A DNA stretch of 5,331 nucleotides from Candidatus Odinarchaeota archaeon (GTDB lineage: Archaea; Asgardarchaeota; Odinarchaeia; Odinarchaeales; Odinarchaeaceae), in NCBI GenBank assembly GCA_038826135.1, contig JAWBON010000078.1, positions 1-5,331 of the forward strand, read 5' to 3'. A program made the position numbers and the translations under genes. Every line of letters starts with the position of its first letter. The first letter of the stretch is position 1. Of the stretch, positions 5,306-5,331 are shown piece by piece. The notes below the pieces were generated by a model. It was not told where the DNA came from, searched no databases, and saw nothing but the letters and a program-made list of their open reading frames with translations.

Positions 5306-5331
5306 CAGCTGCTACTATCGTGGCAGAGCAG

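Noticed and set aside
5258-5331. Plus-strand reading frame open from ATG 5258 to the window end (MKLLNVFSQPLFKTFRQLLLSWQS...)
   Set aside because: Only 24 codons are visible, there is no SD, and it overlaps the putative minus-strand promoters. It cannot be supported without flanking sequence.
1-5331. CRISPR arrays, IS elements, tRNA/rRNA genes, introns or inteins
   Set aside because: There are no spaced direct repeats, terminal inverted repeats or cloverleaf/rRNA signatures. All proteins are of normal family length and the window is almost fully coding.

Overview
The window is a compact archaeal housekeeping cluster with nine genes, all on the minus strand. In transcription order (right to left) they are rps19e, a PDCD5-family DNA-binding protein, rpl39e (51 aa, missing from the supplied ORF track), rpl31e, aIF6/eIF6, prefoldin alpha, ftsY (SRP receptor, NG domain only), argF (ornithine carbamoyltransferase) and dtdA (archaeal DTD2-type D-aminoacyl-tRNA deacylase). 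Gaps between genes are 2-48 nt and every gene has a Shine-Dalgarno-like motif, so one operon is likely. The rps19e-to-ftsY block is the well-known conserved archaeal translation/secretion cluster. The gene set and AT-rich sequence fit a TACK/Asgard-type archaeon, but the taxon cannot be determined from the sequence alone. I see no mobile element, CRISPR array, rRNA or tRNA, and no clearly new multi-gene system. The points most worth checking are: (i) argF sits inside the translation operon and its C-terminal HCLP loop looks like the yeast/human enzyme; (ii) rpl18a/LX is missing from its usual slot, where a short inverted repeat sits instead; (iii) FtsY has non-canonical G1 and G5 GTPase motifs; (iv) L39e has lost charge, and S19e has a basic tail; (v) two overlapping BRE/TATA promoter candidates lie upstream. 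All comparisons with reference proteins are from memory and need alignment.
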